Assembly (NCBI RefSeq): GCF_006345805.1
Contig: NC_042999.1
Location: 89,032,001-89,096,000 of the forward strand
Origin: Octopus sinensis
Lineage: Eukaryota
Direction of reading: 5' to 3'
Length of the DNA: 64,000 bases
Below the pieces are notes generated by a model, which was given only the letters and a program-made list of their open reading frames with translations, had not been told where the DNA came from and did not search any database. This document shows positions 1-11,039 of the stretch, one piece after another. The stretch's first letter is position 1. Each line of letters opens with the position of its first letter. Made by a program: the position numbers and the translations under genes.

Positions 1-673
1 TTCCATTCTCGCGAACTCATTTCACCCTTTTTGGATATACTTGTCACTGGTGACGAAAAATGGATCTTCTATCGAAATGTTAAACTTCACAAACAGTGGC
101 TTGGTAAAAGGGAAAAAGCTCAAACACAACCGAGAAGGGAACTTCATGGGAAAAAGGTTCTTCTCTCTATCTGGTGGGATTGCAAAGGAGTAATTCACTT
201 TGAATTGTTACCACCTAACGCAATAATCAATGCTGAAGTCTACTGTCAGCAATTAGAGCATTTGAACCAAGCTTTGAAGGAAAAAAGACCCGCTTTAGTG
301 AATCGAAAAGGAGTGATGTTTCATCAGGACAATGCGCGACCCCACACTGCAAATATCACATCACAGAAGATCCTCTTCCACCTTATTCTCCCGACCTTGT
401 TCCTTCAGACTACCATTTGTTTCGTAGTTTACAGAATCATTTGAGGGACATAACTTTCGTAAGCCAGGAGGAGGTCGAATCTGACATTTCAGAGTTCTTC
501 GTTTTGAAACCAAAAGATTTTACAATGAAGAGATTAAAGAGCTTGTAAATAGATGGAAGGAAGTCATAGATAATCAGGGAAAGTACATTGATTATTAAAT
601 TTCAATTATATAACATTTGATCACTTGTTTCATTTATTCAAAATTCGGACGGAACTTATGGGATGACCTGATA
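1..673 (+). mobile_element. mariner (DD34D) transposon, 3' half, decayed
   Basis: ORF 31-444 has TGDEKW, WWDCKGVIHFELL and HQDNARPH. A frameshift removes most of the (H)PPYSPDL motif, after which PSDYHLFRSLQNHL...RWKEVIDNQGKY continues in another frame. A 3' TIR (...GGAACTTATGGGATGACCTGA) ends at 671, followed by TA. Confidence 0.93.
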
Positions 674-790
674 CATATATACAAACTTGTTACCAGTTCA
701 AATATGCTCGAGGCATATTCGAACTTAAAAGATAGCCATTCGCTGTATTCATCACGGCGAAAATTTCTCAGTGTAGAAAAATACGCCGAT

Positions 791-908
791 TCATTTCACA
801 GCGCTCTCCATCAAGACTGTTGGATGCATACATTTCAGGGTGGTTATCTCCTCTTCAGCAGCAAAGAGTCGAAAGCAGGTGCTGCGAACTGAGATGAGAG
901 CCAGGTCC
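791..908 (-). CDS. candidate exon of an unidentified gene (DLALISVRSTCFRLFAAEEEITTLKCMHPTVLMESAVK*)
   Basis: On the minus strand a (CT)n tract plus CCGCAG forms an acceptor at 910/909. The phase-2 frame is open to TGA at 791-793, with an alternative GTATGC donor at 831. No homology recognised. Confidence 0.3.
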
Positions 909-911
909 CTG

Positions 912-913
<2 letters not shown>

Positions 914-969
<56 letters not shown>
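914..969. repeat. (GA)n microsatellite
   Basis: Perfect GA run of about 28 units. Confidence 0.98.
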
Positions 970-972
<3 letters not shown>

Positions 973-1023
973 TATATATATTTTCACTGGAATATATACA
1001 TATATTATTACTTTGGCTTCAAT

Positions 1024-1222
1024 CGGTGAGCTGGCAGAATCGTTAGCATGCCGAGCAAAATGTTTAGCGGTACTAGTCTGTCTTACGTTCTGAGTTCAAA
1101 TTCCACTGAGGTCGACTCTGCCTTTCATCGTTTCAGGGGCGATAAAATAAGTACAGTTTGGGAACCCTAATTGATGTAATCCTCTCCGCAAAAATGTCAG
1201 ACCTGGTGCCTGTAGAAAGAAT
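1024..1222 (+). mobile_element. tRNA-derived SINE, family A
   Basis: Head GGTGAGCTGGCAGAATCGTTAGC (A box) and GAGTTCAAATTCC (B box), body GTCGACTxTGCCTTTCATC; many copies in the window. Confidence 0.88.
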
Positions 1223-1721
1223 TATTATTTTGTTTTCTTACAATTCGAAATAAACATAGGTGAAATCAATTCTTCCTGCCCTCCTTTCACTCTCTCAAGC
1301 ACTTTGACCCAATGATTATCTTAGTTACAACTCAACATAACTTGGATCTTAAATTGATCTTCTTGAAAAGAAACGATTTATTCTAATTACATAACTAAAA
1401 AAGAAGACAAAAAAGTTTAGCATGATCTATGTTGGTGTGCCGTGGGAAGAAATTTTAATATGGTTTTCTGGCAGGACCTTTAATCGGAAAATGAGTCTTA
1501 CTGAATAGACTCCATGTTGTCTCCTCGAATTCAAGTAATTATATTATATTATTTAATTTGATTTCTTTGTTATTCTTTCACCTCTTTAAGCGCCCACCTC
1601 CTTCTCCCTTGTTCTTACACTTGCGTCTTCTGACTTTATAACCAGCCGACGACTATGTCAGCATGGTCTGTTGAGGAACGATCCACATTTATTTCCTATT
1701 TGTAACGGTCTTTATAATTGT

Positions 1722-1771
<50 letters not shown>

Positions 1772-2424
1772 GAACCCTGGAGATTCGTACACGCATACAC
1801 AAGCACACAAGCACACACACACGCACATACACACACGTATGCACATCATCAATTATGTACAAATATACAGACGACACTGCCAGCCATTTACCACCCTACA
1901 ACAACACGTCATTGCGTACGCACACGACAACAAATCATTCTCTAAATCCTATCATTTCCCGTCTAACTGTTTCATTTTCTGCCCTTTAGTTTCTCGATTT
2001 TCTTGACTTTCGTTCAACGTTCTACTGTACATTCTCTTTCTTGTTTTGTTTTTCACTTTCTATCTTTCTCTCTTCTTTTTCCACCTTTATTTTCTTCACC
2101 TTCAACATTTCTCCTCTAGTTTTCTTTTTACCTTTTTCCCTTTATTTTTCTCCAATTCTTTTTATTACTGTCATTTATTTACTCGGTATTTTTTCTACTG
2201 TTATATTCGCGCGCGCTTCGCACGTACACACACGCACACATACATACGCACGCACACACTCACTTACACACACGCACATATACACCACCACAGCCACTGC
2301 CGACACTGTTTCCCATTAGTCTCCTTTTAATTCTCGAATCACGCTTCTCTTGTCATTCTGTTCGTAGCCTGGCCTCCCTCCCTCTCTACTTTTCTCTCTC
2401 TACACCTCACTCTTACACTCTGTG

Positions 2425-2682
2425 TCTATCTTTCTCGCAACACGTCTCGCAGTGTAGGCTGGTGTAGGAGAGACGATCCGCCAAACCGGCGACAGTCGAT
2501 GTTAGGGCCGTATCATTAAATCCCTAGGGTCAATGGCTTTCTTTTTGACCCTAAGCCTTCGTTATCTGTAGTTCAGACTGACAGAGAACCCCTTCGACTC
2601 TGACGCCGGAGTCTCTATTCAGAGACGTTTCGGCGTTTTATCGCGGGAGAGACAGAAACCGCGCCTCGCTGGCAAAGATAGA
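2425..2682. other. GC-rich multi-hairpin island of unknown identity
   Basis: About eight complementary helix pairs read by eye in roughly 250 nt, flanked by a CT-rich tract on the left and a GA-rich tract on the right. No long ORF. Confidence 0.45.
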
Positions 2683-2727
2683 TTGTTTAGAAATAGAGAG
2701 AAGTTACAAGGCGAACAAGAGAAAGCG

Positions 2728-2758
<31 letters not shown>

Positions 2759-3492
2759 GCGGATAGAGATAAGTGAGAAGACTATAAAGTCTCAACTAGT
2801 TTGGATAGACTGAAAAAGAAAAGAACAAGCAGAAATCAATGAAAGGTAGGAAGAAGGAGTGAGAGATGAGGAGTTAAGCGACAGAAAGAAAATAGGAAAT
2901 TAAAAAGGAGACTAAATGACTTAAGAATGGCGGCAACTTATTTTTTCTGGTCGTTGTTTTGGTTGATGTATGTTTTATTTATTTGTTTTTGCTATTTCAA
3001 TGTACTTTTTAATGTGTTTCATGTTATTGTGTTTGCTGTGTTTTTTTGTTTTTTTTTATTAAATGATTGTTTGATTTGGGCAGTTGTGGCGACTATGACG
3101 TGTCTTCATGATAATGAAGTGGGTGGAGAGAAACTGTCCTATAACGGGCCGATAACGAACAGTAAAACAGATTTGGTTATCTTTTTCTGTCTCACTGGAT
3201 TCTTACATTATGTTTGACTATGAAGTTGTATAAAAACATATGAACGGTTTTATAAGCAGCTGGGTGTCTGTCTGTTTAGGGACGGGGCCAGCCAGCTTTT
3301 AAGGATCTATAATAAATACTGCCGTTTATTGTTGGTTGTTATTGGTTACCCTTGCAGTGTGGGAATGTGTATATGTGTATTTGCATGTTTATGCATTAAA
3401 AGGAGAGAAAACAGAAAGCAGAGACAGACAGACAAAATTACACTTATATAATCTCCAAATGTTTACTTTTCTTATAAACAAAAAACAAACTT

Positions 3493-4858
3493 GGATCTAG
3501 TCGGTTTGGCTGCCAGCATCAATTCTGTTCGAATTGATTTCATATTCAGTGTAATAATACACTTTTATTGGCTAATGAATGACGTGAAAATCATTTTCGC
3601 TATAAATCAATAAAGAGTTATTAGTAATTAAAGTTTGAAAATTTTGGTAATTTTAGCCAGTCGTAAGCCACAGACACATTCATGCCTGTTTCCATAATAA
3701 CAAACAGAACATGAGATTTCTTTTGTTTGCGAGAAAGTGTGTGTCTGTTTCCATAGTACAAGCGGAACCTAGAACTCTTTTATCTGCGAGAAAGCACGTG
3801 TGACAAATATATTGAAACCATTTTGATTAGGGCAGCAAGGTCCTGTAACATCGCTCCTATGAAGAGTCTGAAAACAGGAGAATACTGTGTACCTTCAAGA
3901 AAAGGGTGTTATACCCAAAGAAAGCTATGCAAAAGGAAGAGGCATGTTATGTGTACAAAAAAGACGTGGTGGGAACATGTACTGGCGATGCTTGCACCAA
4001 GCATGCATGGAGACTGTGTCGGTGAAGAAAAACACATGGTTTGAAGGTGATACCCTCTCTCTTAGGTCTGTAGTGCTTTTCTTTTACTTATGGATTAAGA
4101 AATTGACTTCAGTCCGGTTTTGTATTGAAGAACTGGGGATGATTATAACAACTTTGTTAGAGAAATATGTGCGGAGGGCTTGCTCCGTCATCCAATTCAA
4201 GTTGGTGGTCCTGGGAAGATTGTTGAGATCGACGAAACTGTCTTCTCAAGACGTATGTACAATCGAGGAAGATTCCCACTTGAGCAGTAGGTTTTCGGAG
4301 GAGTGTGTCGCGAGACCAGACAGGTTTTCTTCATGCGGTGCCATGTCGGAATCGTGACACACTAGAAGGATGCATACGTCACTCGATTCTTCCAGGAACC
4401 ATAATTTTCAGCGCTTTGTGGCGGACGTACTCTCACATTCCTGAAATTGATGGTTACAATTTTGTGCATAGAACGGTGAGCCACATCGTTGGGTTTGTTA
4501 ACCCGAAAGATGGTACCCACACTCAATAAGTGGGCCTCTGTGAAGCGAGGGAATAAATGACGCTGTTGCTTTCACGGTTCTATGGTAGACTCATATCTGA
4601 ATTGATGTGGCGCAGGAGATACGAAAATTGTGATTTTTTTGAGAAGTGGTTGTGATGCATGCTAAAAATAACAGCTAAATAAAGTTTTTTGGATAAATCT
4701 TTTAAACTAACATAAACATTTATTTGTATGAAAGAAAATTACCGGAGTACTTTCATATAATTCTTCCAAATCTTTCTGTTAAAACTGTATTGCAACCATT
4801 TATGGGGGAAAATTTTCGATAATTTTTTTAAATGCTGGCAACCAAACCAATTAGATCC
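3493..4858 (+). mobile_element. Merlin (IS1595/ISXO2-like DDE) DNA transposon, full length, inactive
   Basis: Left TIR GGATCTAGTCGGTTTGGCTGCCAGCAT (3493-3519) matches the right TIR reverse complement GGATCTAATTGGTTTGGTTGCCAGCAT (4832-4858). Flanks ACAAACTT/AAAAACTT form an 8-bp TSD with one mismatch. The frameshifted ORF has GGPGKIVEIDE, VFGGVCRET, SILPGTIIFS and HRTVSH...DGTHTQ. Confidence 0.92.
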
Positions 4859-5229
4859 AAAAACTTAAATATTTGACACTGAATAATTTTATCTTGCAAA
4901 TATATCAGTACGTGCTCGCTTGATTAATTAAATTATTTCAGTAGCACGTGTTTTAGAGACAGCACTGGATTCATTTTTGAATTCAATTTCTTATTGTTTG
5001 GCTAATGAGTTAAAAACCTGATTGTCGTTACACCGACTGTATTCATAATACACTGGATCAAGCATCTACTCTACTGAATAGAAACTGTATATTTTCTCTT
5101 GTTTCCAGACACTTCTCTCGCCGTATTATATGCGAAAATCTTTTTTATTAATGATACGTAATGAAAAATCTTATCTACTCTTTGAGCATGGAGTTTCACG
5201 TACTTTCCTCAGAAATGGCTGAATGAATG

Positions 5230-5440
5230 GGGTTTAAGATAGCCATCTCGCTCATCGATGATCAGCTATCTTCTTTATTCCTTTGTGAACAATATTCACA
5301 TTGAATTGGAATGCACTTCCAACATCTCGTGACTTCTCTCAATTTCTTAGACATCATTGTTTCCCAAATCATGCAATATCTCTCGAACTTCATCCTTTGC
5401 AAGCCAAGCAACTCCCATTCCAATCTTCAATTTCCATTCC
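5230..5440 (+). mobile_element. possible Penelope-like RT C-terminal remnant
   Basis: Translation TSLNFLDIIV...ILCKPSNSHSNLQF resembles the PLE RT FLD..V...KPT.SHSYL thumb motif. Short and decayed. Confidence 0.45.
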
Positions 5441-5449
5441 ATTTATCCA

Positions 5450-6150
5450 TCAATTTTCGTCGCCCATTATTCCTGTGGGGAGGCGGAGTCGTGGAGGTTG
5501 AGTCCTCAGCACATCCTCCATAGGGTCCTATCAGAAGCAATCGTCTTTGTAACTCCCGGATGTATTCCCAAGCGTAAACTAACGAAACCATGGATATTAT
5601 CCAACCGACTCGCTTGTTGTCTATTCCTACGTTTCCTTCCCATTGACTCAGTTAAAAGATCTTATCTTGCAATCATTTTTTGTGACATTCCAATCATATG
5701 CCCATGACAGAGGAACTGAGACCACTCAATGCAGAGAAGTAACAGCTCGGTCGGGAGCGACTATCCAATACTCGAGCTACGCACCTTGTCGAGTAACGTT
5801 ACCCCAGAGTTCCTTCAGACGAATCCTATTTCAGCCGCTTGTATTGTGATCGTATTCTTTTGTTTATTCCCCAACATTCATGAGCATAGGTGAGGATAGG
5901 CATGAAAGCCGAATTGAAGATAACAAGTTTGGTTTTTCTGAGAATCAAATTCGGATGCTGGCGCATTACTGTGTTAGCACATGCAATTGTAGCATCCAAT
6001 TAAGTCTTCTGCATCCCATCACTTATGAATACGGATTCGAGATACATAAACTACTCCACTTGCTTCCTTGAGAGAGTTCAGGAATATATTTCATAGTAAA
6101 AGTCCCGAGCTTTTTCAATCAGCTCGGTGGCATCTGCACTAGGATAATAC
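5450..6150 (-). mobile_element. RTE-clade LINE, 3' fragment
   Basis: Minus-strand translation gives KQVE*FMYLESVFISDG...KTKLVIFNSAFMPILTYAHECW...AAEIGF...GVTLLDKVRSS...GHMIGM, the typical RTE RT C-terminus. Confidence 0.85.
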
Positions 6151-6169
6151 ACCGATCCAAAATGCCATC

Positions 6170-6420
6170 CCGGTAACCAACAAATTGACAGAGACATGCA
6201 TCATAACTGACCCTAATTCTCCCCACAATTCAGACCTTTCTCCCTCTGACTTTTAACTCTTCCCCAAACTGAAGAAGAACCTCAGAGACAGTCGTTTCGA
6301 AGACATTAAGAAGATGAAGGAAGGTGTGACAAGGGTCCTGGAACCTTGATTTTGGAGAACTTTCACAGGGTTTTTATGAAATGGCTGGAAAGCTTCAAGT
6401 GCATCGAAGTCATCAAGCAG
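6170..6420 (+). mobile_element. mariner transposase C-terminal fragment
   Basis: SDLSPSDF*LFPKLKKNLRDSRFEDI...FMKWLE. Confidence 0.8.
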
Positions 6421-6553
6421 ATCTGACTATGAAGATTAGAGTTTTCTACTGTTTTGATATTAATAATTGACTGTTCTGAAAAATTCACAAAAGTTCTAGA
6501 ATGTATCTTATATATACATGACTGTTCTTTTATTTCTAGACAATAAGCCTGAC

Positions 6554-6662
6554 CTTTGCTTCAATGACATGTCAACTTTGGAGAACTCTTGATTCTTATA
6601 ATTATCTTCCCTTCTCATTTGGGGCTGGTTTCTGTTGCTATTTTGTAAGTGTGATACATCAT
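6554..6662 (-). CDS. candidate 109-nt internal exon (DVSHLQNSNRNQPQMRREDNYKNQEFSKVDMSLKQ)
   Basis: Acceptor ATTATTTTCGCTTCTAG and donor AAG|GTCAGG. Only the phase-1 frame is open, and it ends in phase 2, matching the open frame of the candidate exon at 908. Confidence 0.33.
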
Positions 6663-6779
6663 CTAGAAGCGAAAATAATTGTGATAAATCAAAAATTTAT
6701 GTTCTAAGGTATTTGACATACGTGTATTTGTGTTGTTCATATACATACCACTGGCCATTCATTATTTCTCCTAGTTCAT

Positions 6780-6782
6780 TTG

Positions 6783-6814
<32 letters not shown>

Positions 6815-6860
6815 TGTATGTATGTATGTATGTATGTATGCATGTGTGTATGCATCTATG

Positions 6861-6901
<41 letters not shown>

Positions 6902-6910
6902 TATATATAT
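6780..6910. repeat. (TATG)n + (TA)n compound microsatellite
   Basis: Direct reading. Confidence 0.97.
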
Positions 6911-7238
6911 TGAGAGAAGGAGAGAGAGAAAAAGAGAAAGCGAGAGCGATGAGCGCGCATGTATGTATATATTGGTGAGATGAATAATCTCCTTAACTCT
7001 GGGGTCAGCAAGACACGCTGAAGATGAACTAAGAATTTTTCACAAAGTTCAAAATCTCGGTCATACGAGTATGTCTGGCTTTTTCGATTTTCGATTATTT
7101 CCGTCATTGGTACGAGGTTTTAGGATTTATAATTCCTTTGCCCGCTTACACCATTGTGTTTATGTGAAAATTTGTGGTTTGGTCATTGTGACTACTATAT
7201 TTAACATGCCGGTACTATTTGTTAGTACCCTTAATTAT

Positions 7239-7684
7239 TACAGGGTGCCTTGAATAAACTGTCGTCTAAATTACACAAAAATAAAGATAACATTGACACC
7301 TCATTTTAACAGTTATATTTACCAAAATTACATAAAAGTATCTTGAAATGATAAAGAGTAAATTTTTTCAATGACATCGCCATTGACTTCAGCCACGGCC
7401 TCCAGACGGCTTCGGAATCTCCTGCATCTCTTCTGGAGTCTCCTTGTTTAAGTTAGTGAATGCGGCCATAATCCTTGACTTCAATTCATCTTTGTTGGTC
7501 TCTCGCTTAACTATGCCCCACTCATTATAATCAAGGGGTTGCAGACTAGAGAGTTAGGTGGCTAGATGTTAGGAATGATGTGGTCGCAGAAATTGTCTGA
7601 CAGCTATGACTAGTCCCTCCTACTTGTGTGGCATGGTACAGAGTCCTGTTGCTAGACATAGGGTCTTCCAGCAGCCACCCTCCT
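7239..7684 (-). mobile_element. Tc1/mariner DD37D (maT-like) element, 3' part
   Basis: RVAAGRPYV*QQDSVPCHTS...NFCDHIIPNI*PPNSLVCNPLDYNEWG. Terminal CAGGGTGCCTTGAATAAACTGTC at 7241, preceded by TA. Confidence 0.82.
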
Positions 7685-8360
7685 GTCTCAAAGTGATGAA
7701 CCCAAAATTCATCCTATGTTAGAAAACATTCAAGGAAACCAACTGAATCTGCTTCAAATAATGTCAGAATTTCCCGTGATGTGTTCGGCCTGGTGCGCTT
7801 TTGAGCAGGTATCAGTAGACTTGGCACCGACCGAGCAGATACCTTCGTAGTGCTATGTTCATTGCGCAGGATATTTTTCCACGTGATATGCTAATTGCAT
7901 TGACTATATGACTTATAGTCAATCACTTGTCATCCATCACTATGTGGTGAACACAGTAAATATTTTCCTCGGTGGTGGAAGTTGCAGAATGTCCACCCCT
8001 TGGGTCATCTTTAAGGCTCTCCATTCCTCTCGTAAATTCAGATGCCCATTTTTGCACTGTTGGTAAAGTTGGAGTGTCATCCCCTACTGTAGTAACCATG
8101 TCAGCATGAATGCCCTTGAGGACCTAACCGTTTTTCTGCAGATACTTGATAACTACACGTTACCAAATTTTGTCTATTTTCAAGAGAAGTCCCTACTAGT
8201 TACTTTTGAATCTTCTTTGAACACTCAGATATCAGATTACCTGAAAGTAAACTTTGTAGTTATTAATAAGTAGAGTTGAAATTAATGCATGTAAGATCTC
8301 ACAGTGCTAATATCACTCCTTCATAGTCAGCCATTGAACTTTTCGGCCAACCTTGTCTTA
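7685..8360 (-). mobile_element. mariner (irritans-like) element, 5' part
   Basis: TIR-like AAGGTTGGCCGAAAAGTTCA near 8355, then VIKYLQK...TVQKWASEFTRGMESLKDDPR...KVSARSVP...T*DEFWVHHFE. Confidence 0.85.
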
Positions 8361-8714
8361 TACAAACTCACTGTGAACAGTAAAAGGGAGATTAAATGGT
8401 TGATGCCGTTCTGAATTGTCACGTTTTCATCAGTAATCGAATACTCTATATTTTAGATCAACTATTAAACTTTATTTAAAGCCATTGTTGTTACACATAT
8501 ATCTAGATAAATTAAACTGATGTATATGAATTAAACTGATTTGAGTATCATTTTCGGCTGTTCTGTTACGCACATTACTGAATTGCCAGCAGTGTTCATT
8601 TTTGATTCTATGCTTTACTATGGAGTATCATTTCCCCCCCCCCCCAGATTTTAACGATTCTGATATCTCAATAATGATGATAATGATAACAATGATAATA
8701 TTTATTTCTACTAT

Positions 8715-9155
8715 ATGCTCGAAGCTTGAAATTTTGTGGGAGGTAGCGAGTCGATTACATTGACCCCACTGGCACTTATTTCATTGAACCTGAAAGGATG
8801 AAAGGCAAAATCGAACTCTGTGGAATTTGAACTCAGAACGTAAAGCTAGACGAAATACCACTAAATATTTTATCTGTTGCAGTAACGATTCTGCCAGCTC
8901 GTCACCTAACTAATAATGATAACTGTTTCTTTATTGCCCACAAGGGGCTAAACATAGAGGGGACAAACAAGGACAGACAAACGGATTAAGGCGATTACAT
9001 CGACCTCAATGCGTAACTGGTACTTAATTTATCGACCCCGAAAGGATGAAAGGCAAAGTCGACCTCGGCGGAATTTGAACTGAGAACGTAAAGCTAGACG
9101 AAACACCACTAAATATTTCATCTGTTGCAGTAACGATTCTGCCAGCTCGTCACCT
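8715..9155 (-). mobile_element. head-to-tail pair of family A SINEs
   Basis: Two A/B-box heads on the minus strand with different tails. A segment of about 60 nt covering the head and its 5' flank is nearly identical in both units. Confidence 0.88.
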
Positions 9156-9372
9156 AACTAATAATGATAACATCACCAACAACTATCCGAATAGAAATAT
9201 CGACGGATTGAAAATATAGAAAGGGTTGAACATTAAAATCTGTAACAACTAAACTTTTTTTTTGTCTGTCACAATATTCTATTACACTCAGTTTAAAGTC
9301 ATGTAACTGCTTTCCGCTCTTGCGTTCCTTTCAGTCAACATTCACTCACTCACTCACTTACTCACTCACTCC

Positions 9373-9405
<33 letters not shown>

Positions 9406-9611
9406 TCACTCTTCGTTTCTTCCTAGGACTAACCACTTGACAGCGTAACAACTATTACTTACCTCCTACTACACGTCGTTAAAAATTCACTCTCCCTCTT
9501 TTTCTTTCTTCCTCTTTTTCTCTCTCGTTCTTCGCCCCTTCCTTCAGCTAACCACGTTACAGCATTAAGCATTTAGCCTAAGCGTATTAATATATAAATA
9601 ATGATAATAAC

Positions 9612-9745
9612 AATCTTATCTATTTTAGGCACAAAGCCTGAAATTTTGGGAGCATGTGTGCGGTCGATTATGGCAAACCCAGTGTTCAACTGGTACTTAT
9701 TCTAACGAGCTCGAAAAGATGAAAGGTAAAGTCAACCTCGGCAGA
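9612..9745 (-). mobile_element. family A SINE fragment
   Basis: GATGAAAGGTAAAGTCAACCTCGGCAGAATTT matches the family body. Confidence 0.75.
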
Positions 9746-10217
9746 ATTTTGATTTCGAAGAGCAGACAAGCACTTCCACATATGCGGACCCGGTCAATAG
9801 AAATTACATCATCCAACATATGAACAAAGATAGATTGTAATTACTCATTTGAGGGCACACAAAATGCCCCTCCGCTCGCCGGGAGGCAAAACTATTATTT
9901 TCTAATTTTCATTTATTCAAACAAACCATCAGATTGAGTGGCCATTTTTTTCCAACATCCTTAATTTCAGAGTTTGTCTCTGATTCGTGGCATAGGCAAA
10001 GTTAATTTTGTAACTGTCTGCACTGTGCACTGCGTTGCGCAAATTTCCAATGTATCGTTTTTATGTTAAAAATATGTTCGTTTGTGTTTTTCTATTATTT
10101 TTAGAAGTATGAATGAACGTGTTCAAGTTGTTTGCAATTGCATTTGTTTGTCCTATTCCTTTCCCCCACATAGCTGATACTAAAGAATTTCAAAATAATA
10201 ATAATAATAATAATAAC

Positions 10218-10705
10218 CATGCTGGACGTTTGTTTGTTCACAATCAAGAGAGTCCCAGTAAAATCCCCGTAAGCTACGATCCTAATATAATACCAAGATA
10301 TATTTATATCTAAAAAAATACAAGATATGCATGCAATTTTAAATTTATTAAAATTATTGCTGTATCTTAAATGTAGAATTGAACTTAATTATCCCGTCCT
10401 CAAATATAATTAATTTCTCGAAAGTAGCTTTTACCCTACAAGGTAAATTCTCATTCTTCCTCTGTAATTCAGTCCTCGTTCTCTTTTCCTCTCTCTCCTT
10501 CTTCCTCCTCCCCCTTCTCCTCTCTTTCTCTACCTCTCCCTCTCTGCAAAGCACAATTTTTAGTTGCTACTAGAAGCATGCTGGACGTTCATTCATTTAC
10601 AATCAACAGAGTCCCAGTCAAAACTCCGTAAGCTATGATCTTAATATAATACCCCGATATTTATCTATATCTAAAAAATATATGACATGTCTCTGCAACT
10701 TTCAA
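10218..10705. repeat. diverged direct duplication of about 130 bp (10218-10345 and 10577-10705)
   Basis: Both copies run CATGCTGGACGTT...CAATCAAxAGAGTCCCAGT...CCGTAAGCTAxGATCxTAATATAATACC...TATCTAAAAAA. Confidence 0.88.
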
Positions 10706-11039
10706 TTTAATTCTCGACAGAATCTTTTCCTGTTTGGGCAGTAAGGAGCACTGCAGTAGGCACTTTCTCTTAGCGGTTATGCGCCCACCTTACCGCCCCC
10801 TCTACCATCTTCCTTATGTCCAATATCTACCTCACTTCCGTGTCTACAACCACTCCTAAGCAGTCCTCCTATTCTTGCTGTCGATCTGAATGGATAATAC
10901 TGACATTGCTGTGTTAAATGTCTTCATCCCCTTCCTAGTTGATCCTTCTTTCCTTTCCCTTCTATCTATTTATTCTCCCTATCCCCATCTCTCTATTTCT
11001 CTCTTAGATTTTGTTTTCTGTTAATGCCAGAGTGATGAG

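Noticed and set aside
1619-1667. Minus-strand segment with a good acceptor and a GTAAGA donor
   Set aside because: Stop codons in all three frames; no support other than splice-like motifs.
2500-2640. CCCTAAC as a telomerase-template-like motif, and GAAACGTC..CTGAAT as a hammerhead, on the minus strand
   Set aside because: The match is barely more than one telomeric repeat. The hammerhead lacks stem I and G8.
2927-3217. 96-aa hydrophobic ORF
   Set aside because: Hydrophobicity comes from a T-rich low-complexity tract; no recognisable motif.
10113-10313. 66-aa ORF with a signal-peptide-like start
   Set aside because: It starts in AT-rich sequence and runs through an (AAT)n tract and a duplicated segment; no homology recognised.
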